This document shows positions 1 to 11,477 of a stretch of 64,000 nt of DNA, piece by piece (within the stretch, counting starts at the first letter, position 1; each line of letters starts with the position of its first letter). A model generated the notes under the pieces. The model saw nothing but the letters and a program-made list of their open reading frames with translations. It had not been told where the DNA came from and did no database searches. The DNA is taken from NCBI RefSeq assembly GCF_006345805.1, contig NC_042998.1:108562001-108626000 (forward strand), in the 5' to 3' direction. Source of the DNA: Octopus sinensis. Its lineage: Eukaryota. The translations under genes and the position numbers were made by a program.

Positions 1-451
1 CAATTTAAGTATATAATTTTAGGTTATAATTAGAAAATTAGCTTTATAGCATCTCAATAGTAAATAGTTGAAGATTTGGTACTTTAACATAAATGAACAT
101 CAATCGACCAACATTTTTCTAGTGATTAGTGGAGAAATACTACTTCTAGTGATGCTTAGAACCTAAAAGCAACAAGCAAATGTGAAAAATCAAAAGGGAT
201 AAGTTGATCAAAACCATAATAACAATGTAGATTGAAGAATATTCTAATTTATAAAGTCGATTAGTTAAAGTTACGGACAGGTTTTGGCGTAATAAGACAT
301 TGTCAATGAAGAATATCCACACACACACATACACAGACACAGAGAGACTGACACACGCACATATGCATGCATACACACACGCACACACACACACACACTC
401 ACGCGCACACACACACACAAACACACACACATACACACACACACTCATACA

Positions 452-716
452 GAGGCAGCATGCATGGCCTAGAGGTTAGGTTGTTGCACACATGATCGAA
501 AGATCGTAGCGCCGATTCCAAGATCGAGCGGTGCGTTGTACTCTTCAGCAAAACACTTCAGGTTGATTTATTCCACCATCATTTCAAAATTAGATGCGTG
601 GTAAATTTGTGCGCCTATACAGGTAATGTCGATTTGATGGAGGGATAGAGCTTATGTGATCATTTGTTCACCAAGAAATTGCAGGTACTTATCCATCTCT
701 AACGACGGGAGAGTCC
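452..716 (+). mobile_element. Decayed tRNA-derived SINE
   Basis: A-box-like TGGCCTAGAGGTTAGG, then a degenerate B-box and the core gtgcgttgtactcttcagcaaaacactt that resembles the common SINE core gtgttgtgtccttgagcaagacactt. Confidence 0.5.
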
Positions 717-792
<76 letters not shown>

Positions 793-796
<4 letters not shown>

Positions 797-999
797 TAAT
801 CCAAACAAGAAAGCAGAAAAAACACAACAACGCGAGGACGTGGAACAAATATAGTATTACTGGACGCTCAGGAAAGAAGGAAAGAAGGAGGGTTTAACGT
901 TTCGAGCGGAGCTCTTCGTCGGAAACAAAGAAGAAGGAAAGATCCAGAGAAGGGAAGACAGAGGAAAAGAAATCGCCAACGGTACACACGAGGTCACAT
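793..999 (-). mobile_element. Penelope-like terminal-repeat (pLTR) derivative, family A
   Basis: The reverse complement is homologous to 62275-62450. It is flanked by (TA)n and contains a hammerhead-like core. Confidence 0.55.
892..926 (-). ncRNA. Minimal type-I hammerhead-like motif, degenerate core (CCGACGA)
   Basis: Minus strand reads GUUU CCGACGA A GAGC-UCC-GCUC GAA ACGU U AAAC. Stem I GUUU/AAAC, stem II GAGC/GCUC and palindromic ACGU are intact; core U4 is changed to C. Confidence 0.45.
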
Positions 1000-1000
1000 T

Positions 1001-1129
1001 ATACTAGCAGTATAACCCGGCCTTACCTGGGATTAAGTTGCGATTATTAAGCTAATCAAGTTCTTTATTTCAAACCAAACTAAGTAATATAGACGTCAAA
1101 TTTGGGCGAAATCCGTTGAAATTAGTTCT

Positions 1130-1207
<78 letters not shown>

Positions 1208-2326
1208 TTATATATATATATAATATAATATAAATATATATGGGCAACAGACACGAACACACATACACACACGTACGTACGTACACTTATTGCATGTTTT
1301 GTGCCCGCATAAATGTTCATAAACAGAAATGAATGGAAAAAATGTTGTTAAATTTGTAGATTAACACTCGCACAATTTTCACTAAGAAAAAAAATCGTTT
1401 TTTTTGCATGGAATCAACTACTCTGGCCTGAAAACCCTTTTTGTGGTCCGTGAAACGGAGTGGGGTGTGGTGGAAGCCTCGCAAATTGTACCCATTTATA
1501 TTGTGTAATTCACTGACAAATTGTTACTCATCTCTTTGTTTCTTTGTTGTTAAATAAATGGATTGTCAACAAAACACTTTTTTACTCGGCGTAAAATAAA
1601 ATCAAAACTCTTTCGCACCCAGGAGAAAGATGAACGATTTAAAATAAATAAATATATTGTAATTGTTGGGTGAGAAAGTATATATACTATGATTATAAAA
1701 TATAGTGTGCCTTTCAAAAACAAAATCAAAACATTTTACATTTTATTTTTTATGAACGTAGTCACTTACTCTCTCTCTCTCTCTCCCTCACTTTGTCTTT
1801 CCCGTGAAACTCTCTGCCTCCTTCTTCCACTTTTCTTTATCTTATTCTTTTTTTGTTAGACGCTGGCAAAAAAGCAATGGCTCTCTCTCTCTCCCTCTCT
1901 CACTTTGTCTTTCCCGTGAAACTCTCTGCCTCCTTCTTCCACTTTTCTTTATCTTATTTTATTCTTGTTAGACGCTGTCAAAAAAGCAATGGCTCTCTCT
2001 CTCCCTCTCTCACTTTGTCTTTCCCGTGAAACTCTCTGCCTCCTTCCACTTTCCTTTATCTTATTTATTTTTGTTAGACGCCATCCAAAAGCAATGGCTG
2101 ATATTTGTTATGGTTAAAAGCTATGGTTGAAAATATATTTTTACCCTATCCGCGGGTGCCCCGGGAAAAAATAAGTTGCCAAAACCCAGATAGGATGTTG
2201 ACAAATATCCTCCTAAAATTTGAGCGACATGCGTGCTAATTTGTGGATGTGCATAAATTACAATCACGTGCACACACACACACACACACCCACACACGCA
2301 CACACATCCTCCCTTTTATAGATATG

Positions 2327-2328
<2 letters not shown>
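1001..2328 (+). mobile_element. Non-autonomous Lep1-type Helitron/HINE-like element
   Basis: Starts atACTAGCagtataaCCCGG and ends (CA)n-catcctccCTTTTATAGATATGAT. Contains internal microsatellites and a tandem array. This terminal pattern recurs at 7785 and 41585. Confidence 0.45.
1769..2097. repeat. Three-copy tandem repeat, units of about 112, 112 and 105 bp
   Basis: Unit (CT)n-cactttgtctttcccgtgaaactctctgcctcc...ttgttagacg...aaagcaatgg starts at 1769, 1881 and 1993. Confidence 0.9.
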
Positions 2329-2378
<50 letters not shown>

Positions 2379-2382
<4 letters not shown>

Positions 2383-2688
2383 GAGCACTCCGTCGGTTAT
2401 GGCGACGAGGGTCTCAGCTGATATGATCAACGGAACAGCTTGCTCGTGAAATTAACGTGCAAGTGACTGAGCAATCCACAGACACGCGTACCCCTAACGT
2501 AGTTCTCAGAGAGATTCAGCGAGACACAGAGTGTGTCAAGGCCGGCCCTTTGAAATACAGGTACAACTCATTTTTGCCAGCTGAGTGGATTGGAGCAACG
2601 TGAAATAAAGTCTCTTGCACAAGGGAATAGAACTCACGACCTTACAATCGTGAGCCGAATGCCCTAACCACTAAGCCTCGCGCCTTCA
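2379..2688 (-). mobile_element. tRNA-derived SINE
   Basis: Minus-strand head gaaggcgcgaggcttagtggttagggcattcggctcacgattgtaaggtcgtgagttc has A and B boxes. The body cagctgagtggattggagcaacgtgaaataaag is shared with 39437-39762. Confidence 0.75.
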
Positions 2689-2756
2689 AATATGTATATG
2701 TATGTGTGTGCATTGCGTGCGTGCATGTGCGTGTCTGCGTGCGTGTATGTATATGT

Positions 2757-3322
2757 ATATGTTGGAGGTATCCAAAAGTAACCGGAAACGTTCTCGGTGG
2801 GACAAGCCCTCTGTAGTTCAGACTTCCGCTGCAAGAAACCACTTGATGTGACCTTCAAGCATCAGTCTGCAGACCAGCGTTGTCCAGTGGAGCCATACTA
2901 CCACGTGGTGCATCTTTGCTTTGCAGTGCTTCTCCCCTGTACGTCGATCTTTGCGATGCTGAAATGAAGGAACAGTGTACTTGGGGGAAATTATGTTTTC
3001 TGCTGGGGCAAACAGTAGCCGAAACAGCTGTCATGCTTCAAACAGCTTTGAAGGCTGCTGCCATGAGCAAACTACAAGTGTACGAGTGGTTTTCACGATT
3101 TACGAATAGTAAATTGTAGCTGGAGGACCAACCTCACTCAGGGTGACCGTCGACCTTCCGAACGAATGAAAACGTCATGAAATTCGTGAACTGATTTTGC
3201 AGGACCGTACCTGAACAATTGACGAACTTACTGTTATGACTGGCGTGTCCTGGAGCACCTGTCAACGAATTTTGATCGAGGAATTGCGAATAAAAAGAGT
3301 TGTGGCAAAATTTGTGCCTCGC
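2757..3322 (+). mobile_element. mariner transposon 5' fragment (TIR plus pseudogenised transposase N-terminus)
   Basis: TIR-like ggaggtatccaaaagtaaccggaa. From ATG 2964, translation across stops and a frameshift gives MKEQ...LCFLLGQTVAET...VYEWFSRF...LEDQPHSG*PST...ELRIKRVVAKFVPR, the mariner HTH region and linker. Confidence 0.85.
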
Positions 3323-4020
3323 AGATATTTAGACTGAGGCATAGTTCTATGCTCTTAATCTATGGTTCGGTTCTACCAATATCAAATTTAAAAATACATT
3401 CTGCATTTAGGTGCCCCCTGTTAACAGTTGAAGAAGTCTTAAGGCGTAGATGTCATGATCTGGAAATAATTCCACCTTTTACGTCTGTAAGCAGTATTTT
3501 GTAACTCTCAATGAGAACGACAATTTATCGTCACATCTGCCCACAGGTTAACTTCTCTGTAAACTAACAAAACACCCGGTAGTTCTTCCTTGGTACTTCA
3601 ACACCTCTCAGTGTAACTTATTAATTGCTCGATACAGAAGAGGTATAGTGAATTAAGTGTCTTTATCAATGATATTTTTCAAAGTGACTGAATCTTTTAA
3701 AAAAGGAACGAAGTGATTTCAAATAAGTCCAAAACAGGGTTCTCTTTGTATCTCATTCAACCTGTCGAACGAATTCCAAGGATACATGCGTATACATATA
3801 TGTATATACAGATATGTATGAGTGTATGCATGCATTGCATATACATACCAACATACATACATACATACATACATATATACATACATACATACATAAATAT
3901 AAGTGTGTATGTATGTATGTATGTATGTATGTATGTATGTATGTATGTATGTATGTATGTATATATATATATGTATACATATATGTAAATATGTATGTAT
4001 GTATGAATGTATGTATGTAT

Positions 4021-4060
<40 letters not shown>

Positions 4061-4127
4061 AAATATATATATATATATATAAATAGTTTTAGCTCAATGG
4101 TGTGGCCGTGCTGGGGCACCGCTGTTT

Positions 4128-7100
4128 AGCTACACTGTTATTATTGAGAGCCTCCTCTAACATGTGGCATTTGGTGAAGGGAGTTTGATGTCGCTACGCT
4201 GATTTGAACCTCCTGCTGTGACGTAGGTTCATTTGGGACTCTTGACAGGAAGAGATCCAGTTTTGATTTGAAAACACCTACATCCACTCCGTGTCGGTCC
4301 GTCAGGCTCCTTGGGAGAATATTAAAAAGCTGTGGGACCCTGAAACCCAAGCTGTTGCAGTAACTGGTTTAGAAGCGGGATCGTATTGCTGGGATCTTTG
4401 GCACTATTGCAGTGTCGACCTGTTCTGGCATTTGTGTAGCTTTCAATGCCAAAATTTGGCTCAATCCCTTCCAGGATATTATTGCATATCTCTCCCACCT
4501 TCGTTCCAGGGAGTAGTGTCTTAGCTCTTTCAGCCTCTACCAGTAGCTGAGCTGTTGCAATGAGACGATCTTCTTTGTGAAGCTTTGCTGGATTACTTCA
4601 AGGTCCACTGTTAATTTTACACTGTGGAGTGATCATAGCTGGGATTAATAATCCAGACAGCTCAGGACGAATATCTTTCAGAGGAGCATCATGGTTTCCT
4701 TCTCTCTGATTCTGAAGGGTCTCAAAAAAATCCATCCTGCGAAACGTCTGCACTTTTGGCGCCATGCTGGTAATGCGTACTTGGAAAGAGGTATCACCAC
4801 TCACATCGATAACCAGGTCTTTCACTGATTTAGGTTTTAGGATTGTAATTCCTTGTGGGTCAGTGTACCCTGTAAGTTTTATATTCAGTGTTGGGTGCTT
4901 GTAGCGCAGGACCTAGACTTTTCCAGCATGAAACTGTATATTATTGTGCTCAGCCCATCTGTAAATTGAGTCCAACTCCTGCTGCAGGTGTGCAACATCA
5001 CTGGGGTTCTGTATTTTCTGCGGGATTTCATATCGTCTGTGTAGGTAGCAAGAGTGGCAATCCGGGCAGCTCAGGGCATATTTGAGAGGGCCACTATGAA
5101 AAGCAGTGGCCCCAAAACAGTGCTCTGTGGAACGCCACTCACTACTTGTCTTTTCTTTGAGGTGGCTCCATTGGCCACTACTGACTAACTTCTGTCTTTC
5201 AGAAAGTCATGCAACCACTCTCCAAGTTTTCCATCTATGGCGGGATCACGCAGTTTGTAGCATAACATACCATGAACCACTTCATCAAAAGCTTTTGCAA
5301 AGTCAAAGTATATTACGTCCGCATTTGAGTTGTTGAGTAATTGCCTCAACGCCCAGTCATAGTGTTGTAAAAGCTGGGCCTTCTTGTAAGCAGCTCCTAC
5401 CTGGTCGAAAGCCATGCTGGGTATCACTCAGCAAGTCGTTTTCTTCATGGAATGCGATTAATTTCCATCTGACTATCCGTTCTATGACTTTGCTGATGTG
5501 TGAAGTTAGAGAGATAGGCCTATAATTGTTGGCATCTGATCTGCTTCCCCCTTAATAGATTGGGCATATTATTCCTTCCGTCAGTTTGTATGGCAGCTTA
5601 CCATTTTCGAGAAAGCTCTGGAAGAGAATCTGTAGTGGTTTCGCCAAGGCACGCTTACACAATTTGAGGAGGATTGCTGGGAAACCATCAGGACCAGCAG
5701 TTGAGTTTGCGTCCACCTCATCTATGTCTAGTAGTATATCTTCTTCACTAATGTCGATGTAATCAATCGTAACTGTCTCGCTGGTTATAGGTGAGGCGGC
5801 AAAGAAATCTATCGGTTCGTTCATTTGTCTGATCCAACAGGTTGGTAAAGACACTTTTGCACTGGTCACTAAGTAGCTCACTGTAGACTATCTGTGAGGG
5901 ATCCATCCTTTTGGAAGAGGGATCTTATTTTGCAGCGTAATGAAGCTGCTTCTTTGACATAATAAAAGAACGCCTTTTGGTTTGACTTGGTGTTTTCTAT
6001 AACCCAGGCTTCTGTGTCTGTGCTCTTCCTCACATAGTATTGTTGCATGCTGTTTTCAATCTCCATCGGTGTTGTTTTTAGGTGGGACCTTTCGCTACTT
6101 TTGGGATGTTGGTAGAAGCGATTTGCAACTTTCGTCCGTCGTCCCATGAGGATCTTCCTTTCCCTTGAAATATTGTTCCTTTTTGTGTTGGCCTTGTGCT
6201 CTGGCATATTGACTGCATAACAGACATAAAATATTCTGATTTCATGCCAATGACTGGTATGGAGAGACAATTCGACCTGTCCTGTCTGAGGATCTCTTTT
6301 TGGATCGATTTCCAGTCTGCTTTGTGGAAGTTCAGATTGGAGAGATTTTGGGTACTTCCTTTAGGCTGTATATCTCTTGTTACTTTTGGTCCATACATAG
6401 TAGACAGCTCTACTATGTTGTGATCCGAAACTAATGTTGGTGTCACTTTCACATTATGAACAATGTCCATATTGTTTGTGAAGCAGAGATCCAAACTGTT
6501 ATTCGTCCTAGTTGGTCTGAGCACAACTTGCTCAATGAATAGGGTATTGACGAAGTTGAGCAGGGACTCCACTTGTGCTTGTTTGCAATGAGTCCTTCCT
6601 GAGAGCTTGAGGCCATTTGATACTGGTTAAGTTGAAATCACCCATAAGAAAAAACACTCACGTGATGTTCCAGTTTCTTATATTCATGTGAGGCAACCTT
6701 CAAACTTGCCTACGTAGTTTCGAGCACCCGGCGGGCGATATGTATTGCATATGACTATATTGTGTTGTCTTATTTATACAACTAGAGTGTCACATGCTGA
6801 ATTTGAGTATGACAGTAGGACCTGGGATGTAAGGCCCTTACAGATGTATGCAGCAACTCCACAATGGCTTTTTTCCCTTCTGTCTGTTCGCAGTATGGTA
6901 TATTTTGGTACGTGTAGTTCTGCATCCTCTGTAAATGGGCTTCAGATGAGTTTCCACGAGTGCTATGCATAGGATTTGATTGCATGTAGCAGGGTATCAG
7001 GAAAAAGATTTTGATTTGTTGTTGTAATGCAACAGGCCTCCAATATGTAGTAAAACTATTGGCGTGACTACTCTGTTGGTGTTAGGAGAGGGCATCCCAT

Positions 7101-7480
7101 GTCTGTTGATTGTGATGGTCTTGCACAGTGGTGTGTAAGGTTCCGTGTTTGCGCTTGATGTAGCCAGGTCAGCTGCTGCATAATCTTTTGCGCATGCACA
7201 AAAAAGAGTCTTGTTCAGCTGCTACCTTCCGTATCACATCTGAAGAGCGCACTGCATCTGCATAATTTCTTTTTGGAGACGATTAGTGCCTTTCGTTAGG
7301 GAAGTATTTCTCCTTAAGACACCTGCAATTTTGGTGGGGTCTCGGGTGAGCAAACCGCCAATATTTGCCTTGCAGGTAAAATTTGCACGTCCTAGTATTC
7401 ACTCCAATTTTTTCTCTCCTTTAGAGTTGCAGATTCCATTAGAGCCTCCATAATTGGATTTTTTTTTTTGTGAATTGGGT
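4128..7480 (-). mobile_element. Decayed CR1-like LINE (APE endonuclease plus RT, near full-length ORF2)
   Basis: Fragmented ORFs give YRPPG, GDFN, PTRxNNSLDLCFTNN, SDHNIV, AGPDGFPAILLK, NYRPISLTS, DVIYFDFAKAFD, and the C-terminal PQLFNILP...FKSKLDLFLSRVPNEP. Many stops and frameshifts. Confidence 0.9.
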
Positions 7481-7547
7481 TTTCAGTTTAAGTTTTAATT
7501 GTATCCATATACGCACACACACACATACATATACATACATACATATA

Positions 7548-7736
7548 CCATGATAGATGGGTAGCCACTACACACATTTTTTCTCTCCTTGTTTTTTTTT
7601 TTCTGTGTCCCTTTCTGTAGAAGAGCGTAGGCTCGAAACGTAAAAGACTTTTTCAATTCCTGAGCTTTATACTAATACATCTGTTTGTTTTGTACACCAC
7701 CTGTCTTCGTCTTTTGTTTTTTCGTGAACTTTCCTC

Positions 7737-7740
<4 letters not shown>
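7548..7740 (+). mobile_element. Penelope-like terminal-repeat derivative, family A variant
   Basis: Hammerhead-like core followed by tttcaattcctgagc...ctaatacatctgtttg, flanked by microsatellites. The assignment to Penelope-like elements is inferred from the motif. Confidence 0.45.
7611..7646 (+). ncRNA. Minimal type-I hammerhead-like motif (core variant CUGUAGA)
   Basis: CUUU CUGUAGA A GAGC-GUAG-GCUC GAA ACGU A AAAG. Stem I CUUU/AAAG covaries with GUUU/AAAC of the 892-926 copy; cleavage triplet would be GUA. Confidence 0.5.
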
Positions 7741-7779
<39 letters not shown>

Positions 7780-7784
7780 TATAT

Positions 7785-8098
7785 ACTAGCAGAAAGACCG
7801 CCCTCCGGTCTTCGTATATTTCTTCGTATAAGAGTGCTCACTCGCTTAGTAAATATTGCTTTCATTATTTTATTAGTCATAATCTCTCTTTTTTAAACAA
7901 ACATCGCGGTAGTCCAACAACAAAGAGAACAGCCGTTTGTCAAATTTTACCTTCCCCTCAAAGCCAAATAGAAATTTCAAATCAGCAGCCCATCTGTTAG
8001 CTTTGCTATGTGTGTATGTGTGTGTGTGTTTGTGAAAGAGAGAGGGGGAGAGAGAACATTGCAAACAATAAATGAAATAAACATATAATGAAATAAAC

Positions 8099-8100
<2 letters not shown>
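7785..8100 (+). mobile_element. Helitron/HINE-like 5' fragment
   Basis: Begins ACTAGCAG followed by the hairpin GACCG-ccctc-CGGTC, inserted next to (TA)n. The right boundary is approximate. Confidence 0.3.
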
Positions 8101-8135
<35 letters not shown>

Positions 8136-8214
8136 TGATAAATAAAAATATATGCATACATACAAACATATATGTACTTACCTACATCTACATGTATATA
8201 TATATATATATATA

Positions 8215-8590
8215 GGCGTAGGAGTGGCTGTGTGGTAAGTAGCTTGCTCACCAACCACATGGTTCCGGCTTCAGTCCCACTGCGTGGCATCTTGGGCAAG
8301 TGTCTTCTACTATAGCCTTGGGCCGACCAAAGCCTTCTGAGTGGATTTGGTAGACGGAAACTGAAAGAATCCTGTCGTATATATGTCGTATATATGTGTA
8401 TATATATATATATATGTGAGTGTGTGTATATGTTTGTGTGTCTGTGTGTGTGACAAACGATGCTGGTGTGTTTAGGTCCCCGTAACTTAGCTTACAACGA
8501 ATAAGTCCTGGGGTCGATTTGCTCGACGAAAGGCGGTGCTCCATCATGGCCACAGTCAAATAACTGAAACAAGTAAAAGAGTAAAAGAGA
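8215..8590 (+). mobile_element. Full-length tRNA-derived SINE (abundant family)
   Basis: Head ggagtggctgtgtggtaagtagcttgctcaccaaccacatggttccggcttcagtcccac, core cttgggcaagtgtcttctactatagcc, and tail aactgaaacaagtaaaagagtaaaag. Further copies or fragments at 8873, 19061, 38775, 45298 and 53724. Confidence 0.85.
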
Positions 8591-8872
8591 GTAAGAGTAT
8601 ATATATATTGGCCTGCTCGCTTAGCAAGCGGGGTGGCGTCATTTGAAGGCTAAAACAATGCGAAGCGCATTGTGACCAGCGATGTGTAGCAACATCTGAT
8701 AGCCTTTAAATATATGTAAAGTAGAGAAGAACCACCATGTATCAATTCAACAAAGATATTCTTAAATCATACCATATCGAAAAAATTTAAGATATGATAA
8801 AAAATTTACCTACAACTAAATTAAGTACGAAATAATAAATAAATGATATATGATAATAAATAAACAGTATAT

Positions 8873-8999
8873 AATTCACTCACAATGCGGCTAGAGTAGA
8901 ATAGTAGAGGACACTTGGCCAAGGTGTCATGCAATGGGACTGAACCCAGGATCATGTGGTTGGAAAGCAAACTTCTTACCATACAACTACACTTGCGCA
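8873..8999 (-). mobile_element. SINE 5' fragment, same family as 8215-8590
   Basis: gacacttggccaaggtgtcatgcaatgggactgaacccaggatcatgtggttgg matches the reverse complement of the SINE head. Confidence 0.7.
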
Positions 9000-10755
9000 T
9001 ATGTCGATAAAAGTGACACTTAGTTGATTTCAAAGACAGAAATAATTTGATCATGAAGATGGAAAAATTTCGGTAACTAGAAACATTCTATCAATTAATG
9101 GGAGACAGCGGATCCTTCTCTTCTTTATAAATAAGAATTTAGCTAGGAATTTTACGCCGAAGTTTTGAAAGGGTCGTAGATCAGAGGTGTGTGCTGCACG
9201 AAGCATATCTGTGGGTGGTTTGGCTCTACAGAAGCTGTATTCAGGTTACTGAGAAAGCAAGAAAGAGAAGATATAGAGTGAGTAATGTACACTATTCTAT
9301 CACATTTGAAATAGAAGAAAAAGCGATTGGCTAATGGCATCAGATAGGTCGCTATTTTAGGAAATGGGCTGAGAGTAGCATTTATAGGAGAGAAATTTAA
9401 CCAACGTCTCGCACACAATACAGTTGCTGGTTCTCATTTTTTTACTCAGCGTGATGAGCATCAAAGTTAATCCTGGTTGAATGAAAGGGGAAGACGTCGA
9501 TGATTGTATTTGAAATCTAGTATAAAAAATGTAGAAAAGGAAAAATTCAGTAATTTGTTTCATATTCAATACTTCTTTGAAATTTACTATTAAACAGAAC
9601 TGTTTCTACAATTTATGTTAAAGGAAATTCCATTAACATTTGCTGTAGAGGGTGTTGAATGTCAGGAGATAAATCAGAGGCTATCATTTAAACGTTGAGA
9701 AAAGTAGTTACACAAAAATTAACCTACATTATCAACATCAATGTCTTGGCTATCTCGTTCATATCCTAACTTTCAGAGCAGCGGAAATGGTTTTCTACAT
9801 TCGAACTTTCAGAAGTAAACATTTGATCTAATAAAGGTATAAAGTATAAAGAATAGAAAACAATAAGTACACATCAGCATATCCAGTGAAAAAAGTTTGT
9901 TGCATGCATTAGAGACATACGTTTGAAAATGTCACTTCTAAATGATTTCAACATGCTTATATTCTTTTTTGTTTCATGACATCAAAACAAGACGACAGGT
10001 TCGATTGATTGAATTAAACTATTTCGGGAAAGGTATATATCAGCATGCGACAATGGCAGCGATGGTATTTATAGATATAACAATAATCATAGTAATGATT
10101 TTCTTTTTCCTATTAGCACGAGGGTATAATTATTTTCGTGGGAAAAAGTTAGTCTATTTATTCGACCAAGGTATTTGGAATTTTATGAGCCCTATAGAGA
10201 GGAAAACGAAAACAAACTTTGTTGGATTTTAAATTTAAAAGATAAAGGTGTATAATAGAATGTATCAAAATCTAGTCAGTATCCAACTCTAACCATCATC
10301 AACATACTAATAAAATTTTCTAATTTGGACAATTTTGGTGTTGGGAAGGGATTGATTTAATTGACATCATTGCTGGACCGGTAATTACTATAATGACCGC
10401 AGAAGGATGGAAGACATCCAACAAGTTTTGGTACCATTTGGACATTAAATTCACAGGTTCCACACAGACTATTTGCAGTTTATGCTTAATTAACTGGCAT
10501 AATTTAAAGGACCGAGATCTGAAAAAGCATATCTAAGAAAGCAGGGAAAACGGCCGATTGTACGGGAATGTTACAAGATTTGCAGATTTACGTCACCCGT
10601 CATCATTTACAGACACGAGATATTTCTTAGAGATGGCTGTTGGGCATGTTTCTTAGTTTAATATATGACGTGTAGACGGAGGAATACATTTGCCCCTCGA
10701 TCTTTCAGAACTAATTTGTTTTCAATTCAACCATACATATACATACATACATACA

Positions 10756-10787
<32 letters not shown>

Positions 10788-10799
10788 AACAAAAATACC

Positions 10800-10905
10800 C
10801 TGTTGTTGATGTTGAAAATCCAATGAAGGAGCCTTGGATCTAGGTAGGAGCCCGGCTCTGTCTATTGGCAAAAAAAATTGAAATATAACTGAACAACGGC
10901 ATGCA
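10800..10905 (+). mobile_element. Short repeat embedded in (ATAC)n, probable 3' end of the Dong/R4-like LINE
   Basis: ctgttgttgatgttgaaaatccaatgaaggagccttggatctagg...tattggcaa...ttgaaat is homologous to 15264-15370. Linkage to the RLE element is inference. Confidence 0.5.
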
Positions 10906-10925
10906 TACATACATACATACATACA

Positions 10926-11263
10926 CAGACCTGATATATTGATTTGTGACAGAGAAGAGAAACTGCACAGTTGTGGAAATTAGTTGCCAAGCGGATGTTA
11001 ACATAAAGCTGAAGACAGTGAAAAAGAGAACCTCTATGCTGAACTATTAAGAAATCTGCAGTTACTCTATCCAGATTACAAGTCCATGTTTATACCTGTA
11101 ATTATTGGAGCCTTGGGATATGTAACACACTGCCTAAATACTAATCTTGAGAAATTAGGTTTCTCAAAACCAGAAAGGAGTAAGCTAATTCGAAGACTAC
11201 AAGATTCAATACATCACTAGAACTGTGAAAATCTGTAAAACTTTCCAGAAGTTTATCACATAA
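10926..11263 (+). mobile_element. R4/Dong-type non-LTR retrotransposon fragment: restriction-like endonuclease C-terminus
   Basis: Translation with frameshifts gives RPDILICDREEK-CTVVEISCQADVNIKLK-SEKENLYAELLRNLQLLYPDY...IPVIIGALGYV...KICKTFQKFIT*, matching the PD-(D/E)xK RLE signature RPD...D/E...K.EK..KY...PVIIGALG. Confidence 0.8.
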
Positions 11264-11441
11264 ATATATATGTGCATGTCTAGATATGAAACTATATGTA
11301 TAAGAATACATACATAAAACATACAAATCAGCACATACATAATACATACATACATGCATGCATACATATATACGTAAAACATGCATACATACATAAATAC
11401 ATACATACATACATGCATACATACATACATACATACATACA

Positions 11442-11475
<34 letters not shown>

Positions 11476-11477
11476 AT

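Noticed and set aside
7080-7480. Possible CCCH zinc-finger ORF1 remnant (CKFYLQGK...FAHP) upstream of the CR1-like ORF2
   Set aside because: Too short and broken to confirm the Cys/His spacing; kept only as part of the LINE extent.
9760-9825. Possible 38-nt host micro-exon (ctttcag|...|gtaaac)
   Set aside because: Weak donor, no recognisable peptide and no partner exons found.
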